This document shows, piece by piece, positions 20,604 through 28,879 of a DNA stretch of 64,000 nt (the first letter of the stretch is position 1; each line of letters opens with the position of its first letter). The position numbers and the translations under genes were made by a program. The notes beneath the pieces were generated by a model. It was not told the DNA's origin, searched no databases, and was given only the letters and a program-made list of their open reading frames with translations. Source of the stretch: Candidatus Latescibacterota bacterium (GTDB lineage: Bacteria; Latescibacterota; UBA2968; GCA-2709665); the NCBI GenBank assembly GCA_963662665.2, contig CAXXJS010000053.1, positions 1 to 64,000 on the forward strand, written 5' to 3'.

Positions 20604-21647
20604 ATGACGAAATTCAAGGCGGGCATCATCGGATGCGGGGGCAGGGGCCGCGGTCATGCGCAGGGCTATGCCGCGTCGGCCGACGTTGAAATCGTGGCGT
20701 GCGCGGATCCGATGGCGGAGGCCAGGGGGAATTTGGCAGAGCAGTTCGACGTTGTACGGCCCTACGAAGATTACCGGGAAATGCTGGAACGGGAGAACCT
20801 GGACTTCGTCAGCGTCTGTACCTGGATTGGCATGCACCGGGAAATGGTCGTGGCGGCGGCCGGGAGCGGCGCGCGGGCTATCCATGCGGAAAAACCGATG
20901 GCGCCCACGTGGGGCGATGCCAAAGGGATGTACCAGGCGTGCGTCGACCACGGCGTCACGATTACGTTCTGTCACCAGAGGCGATTCGAGGAACCGTTCA
21001 AAAAGGCAAGGTCCCTCGCGCGGGACGGGGCGATCGGCCGGCTTGTGCGGGTGGAGGGTGCGTGTCCCAATCTGCTTGACTGGGGGACGCACTGGTTCGA
21101 TATGTTTTTCTTCTACAACGACGACGCGCCCGCCGAGTGGGTGCTGGGGCAGGTCGACGCGTCGGAAAAGCGGGAAGTCTTCGGTGTTGAAGTTGAGGCG
21201 GGCGGCCTTTCGTGGGTGCGCTGGCGGAACGGGCTGGAAGGATTGCTTGCGACGGGCGACGCGGCCCTGCACGGCGTAGCGAACCGGCTGATCGGCACGG
21301 ACGGAATTATTGAAGTGATTGGCGGGCGCGACAGGCCGCCGATCCGGATCTTGCGCCCCGGCTCGGACTGGGAAGTCCCGGACCTGCCGGGCCCGCAGGT
21401 GAATCCAACCGTACTCTCAGTACTCGATCTCATAGATTGCGTCAAGACGGGGCGCGAACCGGTTTTGAGCGGCCGCAAGGCGCTGCAGGCGACGGAACTG
21501 ATCTTTGCGACCTATGAGTCCAGCCGGCGTCGCGGGAGGGTCGACCTGCCCCTGGACGTGGACGACTCGGCGCTGTTGACAATGCTGGAAGACGGGACGA
21601 TCGGTTCGCAGGGAGACAAGGACGTCGGTGCAAGTCCGGCCAACTGA
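20604..21647 (+). CDS. Gfo/Idh/MocA family oxidoreductase
   Basis: GIIGCGGRG, EKPMA, DWGTH. Confidence 0.9.
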   Translation: MTKFKAGIIGCGGRGRGHAQGYAASADVEIVACADPMAEARGNLAEQFDVVRPYEDYREMLERENLDFVSVCTWIGMHREMVVAAAGSGARAIHAEKPMAPTWGDAKGMYQACVDHGVTITFCHQRRFEEPFKKARSLARDGAIGRLVRVEGACPNLLDWGTHWFDMFFFYNDDAPAEWVLGQVDASEKREVFGVEVEAGGLSWVRWRNGLEGLLATGDAALHGVANRLIGTDGIIEVIGGRDRPPIRILRPGSDWEVPDLPGPQVNPTVLSVLDLIDCVKTGREPVLSGRKALQATELIFATYESSRRRGRVDLPLDVDDSALLTMLEDGTIGSQGDKDVGASPAN

Positions 21648-21912
21648 CGGATTGGTATGCAACGCTGACAGAAATACGCGGCGCGTCCGTAGTTTTCCCC
21701 CGCATGTCGTACGTACTGCTTTGCGTAAATTGGACGTTCTTGCAACTGCACATCACCTGCAAGACTTGCGGGTGCCTCCGGGAAATCGATTGGAAGCCCT
21801 GAAAGGTGATCTAAGAGGATTTCACGGCATCCGCGTCAACGATCAATGGCGGGTTATTTTTCGATGGTCCGAAAATTCCGCACATCAGGTATCGCTGACT
21901 GACTATCACTAA
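21628..21912 (+). CDS. higB: HigB-like (RelE/ParE family) toxin; start uncertain
   Basis: DLRVPPGNRLEALKGD...IRVNDQWRVIFRW...DYH. Confidence 0.85.
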   Translation: MQVRPTDGLVCNADRNTRRVRSFPPHVVRTALRKLDVLATAHHLQDLRVPPGNRLEALKGDLRGFHGIRVNDQWRVIFRWSENSAHQVSLTDYH

Positions 21913-21929
21913 TTGATCTGGAGGCAAGA

Positions 21930-22217
21930 ATGTTACCGGAAAACCGAATTCCGACCCATCCTGGAGAGGTCCTCCTGGAAGATTTCCTGAAACCCCTTGG
22001 AATGACTCAAGTGGCGTTCGCCAGACACATCGAAGTGCCGCTCCAGCGGGTCAACGAGATCATACGCGGGAAACGAGGCGTAACCCCAAAAACAGCCTGG
22101 CTGTTTTCTCAAGCGCTCGGTACGTCGCCGGAGTTATGGCTGAACCTTCAGCGAAATCATGACCTGGCCAGGAGTCGACCCGACAAGGAAATCCGAATCC
22201 TTCGAACGGTGGGATAG
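21930..22217 (+). CDS. higA: HigA family antitoxin (HTH)
   Basis: THPGEVLLEDFLKPLG, RVNEIIRGKRGVT, WLNLQ; follows toxin. Confidence 0.93.
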   Translation: MLPENRIPTHPGEVLLEDFLKPLGMTQVAFARHIEVPLQRVNEIIRGKRGVTPKTAWLFSQALGTSPELWLNLQRNHDLARSRPDKEIRILRTVG

Positions 22218-22229
22218 ATCGGAATCTAC

Positions 22230-23492
22230 ATGGAGGATGTTGTGAGTGGTCAGGTTTACGATTATCGGACTGATGTGTGCAACATGCTCGTCACGCCCTG
22301 GATCCGGTCCCGTTTTCTGCGAATGGAGCCGGGAGAGTCCGCATCGTTGCACAGCCACGACCTGGGCCACGAGATCTTTCTTGTGCTCGCCGGCAGGGCT
22401 GAGTTTACGATCGACGGCGGTGTTGGGGAGGTGGGCCCCGGACAATTGTGCGTTGCGCTGGCGGATGAGATCCATTCGGTGCGGACCGTTGGGGATGAAC
22501 CGATGACAATGTACCTGTCCGTCACCCCGCACATCCAGCCCACGCATACCGGCAGGACCGCGGATGGCGACCGGATGCCGACACGCTTCGCGCCGTCGCG
22601 ATCGTACGACGTGGAGGCGGTGCTGCTGTGCCATTCAGACCCGAAGACCGATGCTGTCCTGGCCGCACTGGACGCGGGCAAACACGTGCTCATTGAAAAG
22701 CCGGTCTGCTATTCCCTCAGGGAGGCGGAAGCGATCGCCGGCGCCGCCGGGCGGGCCGGCGTGGTTGCCCAGGCCGGATACATGAAGGTGTACGATCCGG
22801 CGTTCGAAACCGCGAAGGCCGAAGTGGACGAAATGAAGGACATCCGCTTCGTTCAGGTGAATCATCTGCATCCGGACAACCGGCTTCATCTGCGCCAGTT
22901 CAGATTGAAACGGTTCGACGATCTGCCGCCGGGGCCCGTGGCAGAGGCAAATGCAGCCAGGAAGGCGGCTGTACTGGAAGCGATCGGTGAGGCGTCCGAT
23001 GACGCGGTCCGCGCATTTCATACGCTCTCGGGAAGCATGATCCACGATCTCTACTGTCTTCGGGCAATGTTGGGGATGCCGGAGTCGGTCGTAAGCACGG
23101 AAGTGTGGAACGAGGGCAGGGCGATTTCAACCGTCTTGTCATACCGTAATGGCGCACGCTGCGTCGCGTCGTGGGTCGACCTGCCCGAGCTATGGGAATT
23201 CAGGGAGACGCTGGAAGTGTACGGCGGCGACCGGCGCGTCCTGGTTTCGTATCCGACCGGATTCGCGCGCGGTATTCTGTCCACCGTTGTCCTTCACGAG
23301 ATCAACGAGGCCGGGGAGACGTCCACCCGGCGGCCGGCGGTCGCGTGGGAGAGCCCCTTCGTGCGCGAACTGCGCCACTTTCACGCGTGCATTACCGGAC
23401 GGGAAGCCTGCCGGACGCCCGCGGCGGATGCGCGGGAGGATGTCAGATTGATTATCGATATTACAAGGGCGTATATGGAACGCGGGCCGTAG
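22230..23492 (+). CDS. Cupin fused to an N-terminally truncated Gfo/Idh/MocA oxidoreductase
   Basis: HSHDLGHEIF cupin motif, then directly DVEAVLLCH...EKPV with no GxGxxG segment. Confidence 0.7.
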   Translation: MEDVVSGQVYDYRTDVCNMLVTPWIRSRFLRMEPGESASLHSHDLGHEIFLVLAGRAEFTIDGGVGEVGPGQLCVALADEIHSVRTVGDEPMTMYLSVTPHIQPTHTGRTADGDRMPTRFAPSRSYDVEAVLLCHSDPKTDAVLAALDAGKHVLIEKPVCYSLREAEAIAGAAGRAGVVAQAGYMKVYDPAFETAKAEVDEMKDIRFVQVNHLHPDNRLHLRQFRLKRFDDLPPGPVAEANAARKAAVLEAIGEASDDAVRAFHTLSGSMIHDLYCLRAMLGMPESVVSTEVWNEGRAISTVLSYRNGARCVASWVDLPELWEFRETLEVYGGDRRVLVSYPTGFARGILSTVVLHEINEAGETSTRRPAVAWESPFVRELRHFHACITGREACRTPAADAREDVRLIIDITRAYMERGP

Positions 23493-23578
23493 CGGAGAGA
23501 CTCTGACAGCCAGCGAAAAGCCCGGGCGGTTGCCCGGGCCTTCTTGTTTCTGTCAGCTTCCTTGTGTGAAAGGGTTTC

Positions 23579-24547
23579 TCAGGGACGATCCGAAACCGGG
23601 TATAGAGTCAGTCTTCCCTTCCTTCCCGCGCCTTCATCGGCGACGATCAGCGTGCCGTCCGCGGCGAAGGCAATGCCTTCGACCTGTCGATGCCATTTTG
23701 CAGGAAACTTTCTGACCGAAACGACCCGCCCGCCCGGCGTCATTTCCGCGATAGACGCCTGACGTGCTGCCACGATATAATAATTCCCCGACTTCGGATG
23801 CCGTTCGATTCCCGAGGGGTGAAATTTCCGGCCTTTGATGTGCCGTGAGAATTCTCTAACAGGTATCACGAAGCCTGCATCTTCAGACAGCTGTTTTCTG
23901 TCAACTGACCAGAAATATATCGACAACTTCCCCTGCATGTCAAGGCTGCGGGCGTCCTTGCACATCAGCAAGAGTCCCCGCCGGCTCCGGTCATACGTCA
24001 AACCCTCTATTTCGCAATCTCTCCCGACGCCTGTCGCGTAGACGTTAAAGAGAACGGATTCGCCGGGAGATCCCTCGCGAAACTCGAACAGCCGCCCCGA
24101 ACTGGAGACGAGGTAGATCCTGTCGTCAGTTGCGGCAATGCCCTCGAAATCGCCGGCAACCGGAAATTTCGTATCCGACAACTGGAACGACTTGACGATC
24201 GACCCGTTCCGATAGTCGATTTCGAAGACGATCGCCCGTTCGTCGTTGTGAGCCAGGAGCCTGTTGTCGACGGTCATTGCCAGACCGGAGACCTCTTCCA
24301 GTTCCCTCGGGAGCTTCCAATGCGTTGCCGTCTCGGGGTCAAGGGGATAGCTGTCGAGAGATATTCTCCGTTTCGATGCCGCGGCCGCGTCCGCCAGCGA
24401 GAGGACGCCTGAAATATCCTGATTCGTGTCTGACGGAACACCAGCGACCTCCGCGGATGCATCCGTTCCCGATCCCGCCGCCAGCATGTTGAGAAGAATG
24501 CCGAGGCCAAGGCAGTTAAGCGGAAATTTAGGTTTGATGTTCTTCAT
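23579..24547 (-). CDS. SdiA-regulated (YjiK-like) beta-propeller protein, probably exported
   Basis: LEEVSGL, HNDE, DFEGI, IEGL, PSGI, QVEGIAF...IVADEG blades; hydrophobic N-terminus. Confidence 0.75.
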   Translation of the reverse strand: MKNIKPKFPLNCLGLGILLNMLAAGSGTDASAEVAGVPSDTNQDISGVLSLADAAAASKRRISLDSYPLDPETATHWKLPRELEEVSGLAMTVDNRLLAHNDERAIVFEIDYRNGSIVKSFQLSDTKFPVAGDFEGIAATDDRIYLVSSSGRLFEFREGSPGESVLFNVYATGVGRDCEIEGLTYDRSRRGLLLMCKDARSLDMQGKLSIYFWSVDRKQLSEDAGFVIPVREFSRHIKGRKFHPSGIERHPKSGNYYIVAARQASIAEMTPGGRVVSVRKFPAKWHRQVEGIAFAADGTLIVADEGAGRKGRLTLYPVSDRP

Positions 24548-24747
24548 TTCCGATTTCGCCGTTTCGCGGGCGCCGCACACTGCCGGTTGCGCTTCTGGAT
24601 CAAGCACCTTCAGGCGGCCATGCCGTAGCGCAAATTGACATGATCATGCGCCGCCGCAGATGGGCACCCGGCCTCAGGCGGCGGCGGTGATCCTCAGCAG
24701 CTTCTTGCGGCACGGGGTCATCTGAATTTTCGAATCAAGATCAGTGG

Positions 24748-25716
24748 TTATACACTCTTTTCAGCCTCAGCTTCCGTTACTTCCACGTCTTTAATACGCT
24801 TTTTCCCCCTTTGCTCTATCTCCCCGGCAAGAGAGGGCAGATCGAAGGATTGTTTCGAAGAGACGTCATACACAACGACGACCGTTCCATCCGGGTTCTC
24901 GATTATTTCTGCTACGTCCCACTTTGCGCCAATGGACTCGAGGGTCGGGCCTGCCGCTTTCTGTGCTGCATCGACGTTTGTTGCATGCACGGCTATCCTG
25001 CAATCGGAGGAATTCCCGTTGGTGTCACCCTCAAGTTCGGACGTCTCCACCGATTTTCTGCGTGAGACAAGCTTCCAGCCCGAGAGTATAGGCGGTTGTG
25101 ATCCATAATTGGTCTTCCACACGCCCAGCGTGATGGTGACGAAAGCCAGCGATGCGATGAAAGCCACTGTCGTAAGCTGGGTACCTGCGGCCAGCCCGAT
25201 CCCGATGACCATAAACATGAAAACGGCATCCATTGTTTCTTTCAGCGTGATACGGAAACTGACGGCGGCCACGATGCCCGCCAGGCTGAACGCAAGGGCA
25301 AGACTGCCTTTAACCAGGAAGACAACCAGCGATATCGCTACCGGCATCACGAGCAGCGTGTGCGCAAACGACTGGCTGTATTTTTTGGACGGTCTCGTCC
25401 AGGCGTAGACCCACGTGATCGGAAGGGTAACCGCGAAGGAAAGAACCAGAGCGACCACAACCGGAATCGTGTGTGCCGGATCCAGAAGGCGGTTTATGCC
25501 TTCCTTGATGTTTCCAAGCGGAACTGCGGCATCGGCGCCGGAGCCGAGGGATTTCCCAACGAATATGCGTTCCCGCTCCTTGGCGACGTAGTGCAGAACT
25601 TCGGGAAAAACGTGAAAGAACGTATTGAGAATCACAAGCCACGTGATATAGTAAATAACCAGACGTACGATGATATTGTTAGACACAACATTCTCCCTCA
25701 CTGGCTGGTTCCGCAT
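24748..25716 (-). CDS. DUF4956-like membrane protein
   Basis: SLALAFSLAGIVAAVSFR...KETMDAVFMF..IGIGLAAG; several TM segments. Confidence 0.8.
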   Translation of the reverse strand: MRNQPVRENVVSNNIIVRLVIYYITWLVILNTFFHVFPEVLHYVAKERERIFVGKSLGSGADAAVPLGNIKEGINRLLDPAHTIPVVVALVLSFAVTLPITWVYAWTRPSKKYSQSFAHTLLVMPVAISLVVFLVKGSLALAFSLAGIVAAVSFRITLKETMDAVFMFMVIGIGLAAGTQLTTVAFIASLAFVTITLGVWKTNYGSQPPILSGWKLVSRRKSVETSELEGDTNGNSSDCRIAVHATNVDAAQKAAGPTLESIGAKWDVAEIIENPDGTVVVVYDVSSKQSFDLPSLAGEIEQRGKKRIKDVEVTEAEAEKSV

Positions 25717-25859
25717 CCCATATCGAGATCTGCGTATTCATTCGAAACTCCGGAAGATCGATCCTGGTGTTGGCGCCCGGACTAATGGCTTGGTCTTCTC
25801 GTGGTTGTTATCGATAGTGTTTCGGATTCTCTTCACGTGTTCCTGAGACGGCAACAGGT

Positions 25860-28580
25860 CTAGAACAGGAAACCCCCACGCAGATAAACGCCCATTAAAT
25901 CATCCCCTTTTACCAATGCCGCGCTCAAGGTGTGCCTGCGCTTCAAGAACGACAGCCAGAATCCACCACCGATACTGGTGTGCCATTTGTCCGCACTTGC
26001 AGGGTCTCCGTCGTAGAATACACGGCCGGCGTCAGCAGTACCGAACAGACCCAACTCTCCGGCCACAAGGAGCCTGACGTTGGCCAGAACGAGCCGCAAT
26101 TCGGAATTTCCATACAGGGAAGCGTCTCCGGCGAACCGGTTTTTCCGGAAGCCGCGCAGGTTGCCCCTGGAAATGCCGGTGCCAAGCGCACCGGGTCCGC
26201 CAAGAAACGCACTTTCGTAAAAGGGAAAGGACCCCCATACCTTCTTGCCTCCCGCTCGAAGCGCAAGTGTCGGGTTCGTCGGCATACGCCCGGTCAGGTA
26301 AGTACTGGCTTCCAGATCTATGTTTCCAAAGGTCGATTCCACAGTCCCGAACCCAGGGTATACGGCGCCGGCAACCCTGACCCGGAACCCCTTTGTGGAA
26401 TACAGCGGATTGTCGCGCATATCGCAGCTGAGTTCCGCCTGTGCGCCTGCCTGAGTGAAGGAACCCGTACCGTACAGGGGTTGATCGAGCGAACCGACGT
26501 ATTTCCCCTTGTTGGAACTGAGCGGTACATTTGAATACTTTATGATCGGCCCAAAGTCAACGTTTAATTTCGAGCGAAGCGACTCGATACCAACGCCGGG
26601 AACGTCTTCTTCATGGTCTTTTGCCCGGTACCCGAGCGCCGGTGCGAAAACGAAGAGTCCCTGCTCCAACTTGTAATAGGACTTCGGTTGCGAAATCTCC
26701 GTGTTGTTTCCAAACCCGTTGAATCTGAGCAGCTGGATCCCGGAGTACCCGACGTGGACCCTGGCATCGAAGGTGCGCACCGGCTGGCGAAAGTGTCCGG
26801 TATAGGAAACAAACGGCTTGACGCTTTTCGGACCGTCGAGTGCCGCAAGACCTACGGTAAAATCGTGTTGTGAAGAGAATGGGTCCTTCCGATATCCGTA
26901 ATACTGCCTGATGTGCTGTGCTCCCGCGTACACGTGCAGGTCCGGATTAACCATAAAGATCGGAAGATTCGCCGTGCGCTTGCCCCAATCCAGTGCGTAC
27001 CTGGCATTCGGCGTATGCGATCCATGCGGCCGCTGGTAAGGATGCTCTTCGATCCTCGCTCCGTTGCCCTTGACGAACCGGTTCGATCCTCGTGAATCAT
27101 AAAACCTCGTCTTAGAGGCGCCGGCGACGGATGAGTTCGTGAGCGTGTCATTTCCGCCCCCGCCATCGATGCGAACGACAATCCGCCCTTTCGTTCCCGA
27201 TATTTCGGCGCGGTCTTCTCCTCCCCGGAGGTGTATTCTGACTTCCCGGGTTTCTCCGGGATGAAACGTCCTTTGGAAATAAGGTGTCTTCCTTTCACCA
27301 CCAGCGCCCGCCATCAGGCCAATTCGGACTCTGAGATCACCGTTCGGAAGGTGCTCGCACTGGACGTATTCGTCTTTGTCGGTTGCCCATATTTCGGCCT
27401 CGCGTAAAATCAATTCATAGTAACTGGCGGCAAATTCCGGTAAAGCGTTCCGCCTTGATTTGAGGGCATCGGCCAGGGTCTTGCCAACCATCTTGTAATA
27501 CGGAGGCGGCAACTTGCTCACGGCGTCGTCGATAACCCTGTCGGTCAGACTCGCCCGAAAGGACGCCACAACCGAATCCCACGCAGCCCTGTCGAGTTCG
27601 ACCAGGAATTCGCGGTCTATTTCCCACCCGGTCAGCGTGAGACCGATTAGACTGGGATAGGTCCTCTGGAACTGAATCTGTATGGGGAATTGTCGTCTTG
27701 CCATTGCCATGGCAAGCCCTTCGAAATGGATAAAAGCCTGGTCGCGGTCCTCGGGTATCGGGAGCCAGGTATGACAATCGCCGTCCGGGAACCGCGCCCA
27801 TCTCCACTGGCCGTGATGGCGGTCCTTGTCGTTGACGAGAAAATCCATCAGTCTCGCTTTAAGAAAGGCACGGGCATCCACGCGGTTACACGGGCTTTTT
27901 TCCAGGTGTTTCATCACCTTCTCCGTGCCGCTGACCTTCCGGGAACCGGCAAAGCCGGGCGTGTCGTCCGGTCCTTCGGAAGGGTGTTCCTGCAGCATGC
28001 CAATCAGCCCGGCAAACGCCCCCCGGAATTCCCCGAGCCTGGGGTCGTCCGGAATAACGACGAGCGTATGCCCGGAATGGAGGATACCCGCGGCCTCCAT
28101 CAACGGATCGACCACGAGCGCGCCCGTCGGCAGCATCGCACAGATCAGGTCCTGCAGGACTTCGCCCACGAACGTATTTGCGATTCCGTCGGGGACCCGC
28201 CTGGTGGCATCCTTATCCAGCGAGCGAACCGTGTACCTTCGGCCGTCTTTTCCTGTAAAGTGCAGTGAGATGGATTGTCCGAACCCGCCGGTGCGAAGCG
28301 GAGTCAGGCCTCCCCCCACACTGTCCAGGTCAAGTACCGCCACCTCGACGGGGGTATTCCAGAGGTCCCGGTAATTGCTGCCGTAGAACCAGCGTTTGAA
28401 TCCGCCTGCGCGAAATCTCTCACCTGGAATCACCCTATGGGTTTTTGCTCCAGGTGGAGGAACGGATCGATGAATCCTGGCTCCCGGGGCCGGTGAATCC
28501 TTCAGAGAGGCGGAATCTGCGGGAACCGAAAAAGCCAGCACGAGCATGAGAATAAGGAGGTTCCACCTGTTGAATGACAT
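25860..28580 (-). CDS. Exported protein with N-terminal atypical-kinase-like region and C-terminal Omp85 (BamA/TamA-type) barrel
   Basis: Signal peptide at MSFNRW; GGFGQS, NDKDRHHGQW, PEDRDQAF; C-terminal LRGFRKNRFAG and terminal F. Confidence 0.7.
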   Translation of the reverse strand: MSFNRWNLLILMLVLAFSVPADSASLKDSPAPGARIHRSVPPPGAKTHRVIPGERFRAGGFKRWFYGSNYRDLWNTPVEVAVLDLDSVGGGLTPLRTGGFGQSISLHFTGKDGRRYTVRSLDKDATRRVPDGIANTFVGEVLQDLICAMLPTGALVVDPLMEAAGILHSGHTLVVIPDDPRLGEFRGAFAGLIGMLQEHPSEGPDDTPGFAGSRKVSGTEKVMKHLEKSPCNRVDARAFLKARLMDFLVNDKDRHHGQWRWARFPDGDCHTWLPIPEDRDQAFIHFEGLAMAMARRQFPIQIQFQRTYPSLIGLTLTGWEIDREFLVELDRAAWDSVVASFRASLTDRVIDDAVSKLPPPYYKMVGKTLADALKSRRNALPEFAASYYELILREAEIWATDKDEYVQCEHLPNGDLRVRIGLMAGAGGERKTPYFQRTFHPGETREVRIHLRGGEDRAEISGTKGRIVVRIDGGGGNDTLTNSSVAGASKTRFYDSRGSNRFVKGNGARIEEHPYQRPHGSHTPNARYALDWGKRTANLPIFMVNPDLHVYAGAQHIRQYYGYRKDPFSSQHDFTVGLAALDGPKSVKPFVSYTGHFRQPVRTFDARVHVGYSGIQLLRFNGFGNNTEISQPKSYYKLEQGLFVFAPALGYRAKDHEEDVPGVGIESLRSKLNVDFGPIIKYSNVPLSSNKGKYVGSLDQPLYGTGSFTQAGAQAELSCDMRDNPLYSTKGFRVRVAGAVYPGFGTVESTFGNIDLEASTYLTGRMPTNPTLALRAGGKKVWGSFPFYESAFLGGPGALGTGISRGNLRGFRKNRFAGDASLYGNSELRLVLANVRLLVAGELGLFGTADAGRVFYDGDPASADKWHTSIGGGFWLSFLKRRHTLSAALVKGDDLMGVYLRGGFLF

Positions 28581-28688
28581 TCTTGTCCTTTGTGATTCAG
28601 GGTGATTCGGACAACCAGACGCTGTCCGGTAAAATTCGACCCTGCACCAGTTCAACGCGCAGCGCCCCGGCATATCCCTGGACATTAG

Positions 28689-28879
28689 CCTCAATTGGAA
28701 AAAAACAACAACTCAGCGGCACTATGAGAACCCCTGAAACGGGGCGTAACGGTCGTCAAAAAGGACTTTTTTTCAGTTCACGTCCAGTGACCTGGTGTAT
28801 CCTGGTAATCTGAAGTCTAATCGCCATTATCTACTTGCATATATTCGGTTTTATCTCCCCGAAGAATTACGAATCAAGG
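28689..28879 (-). mobile_element. 191 bp MITE-like element, copy 2
   Basis: Inverted copy of 8490-8680; TTAG at 28685-28688 and 28880-28883. Confidence 0.8.
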
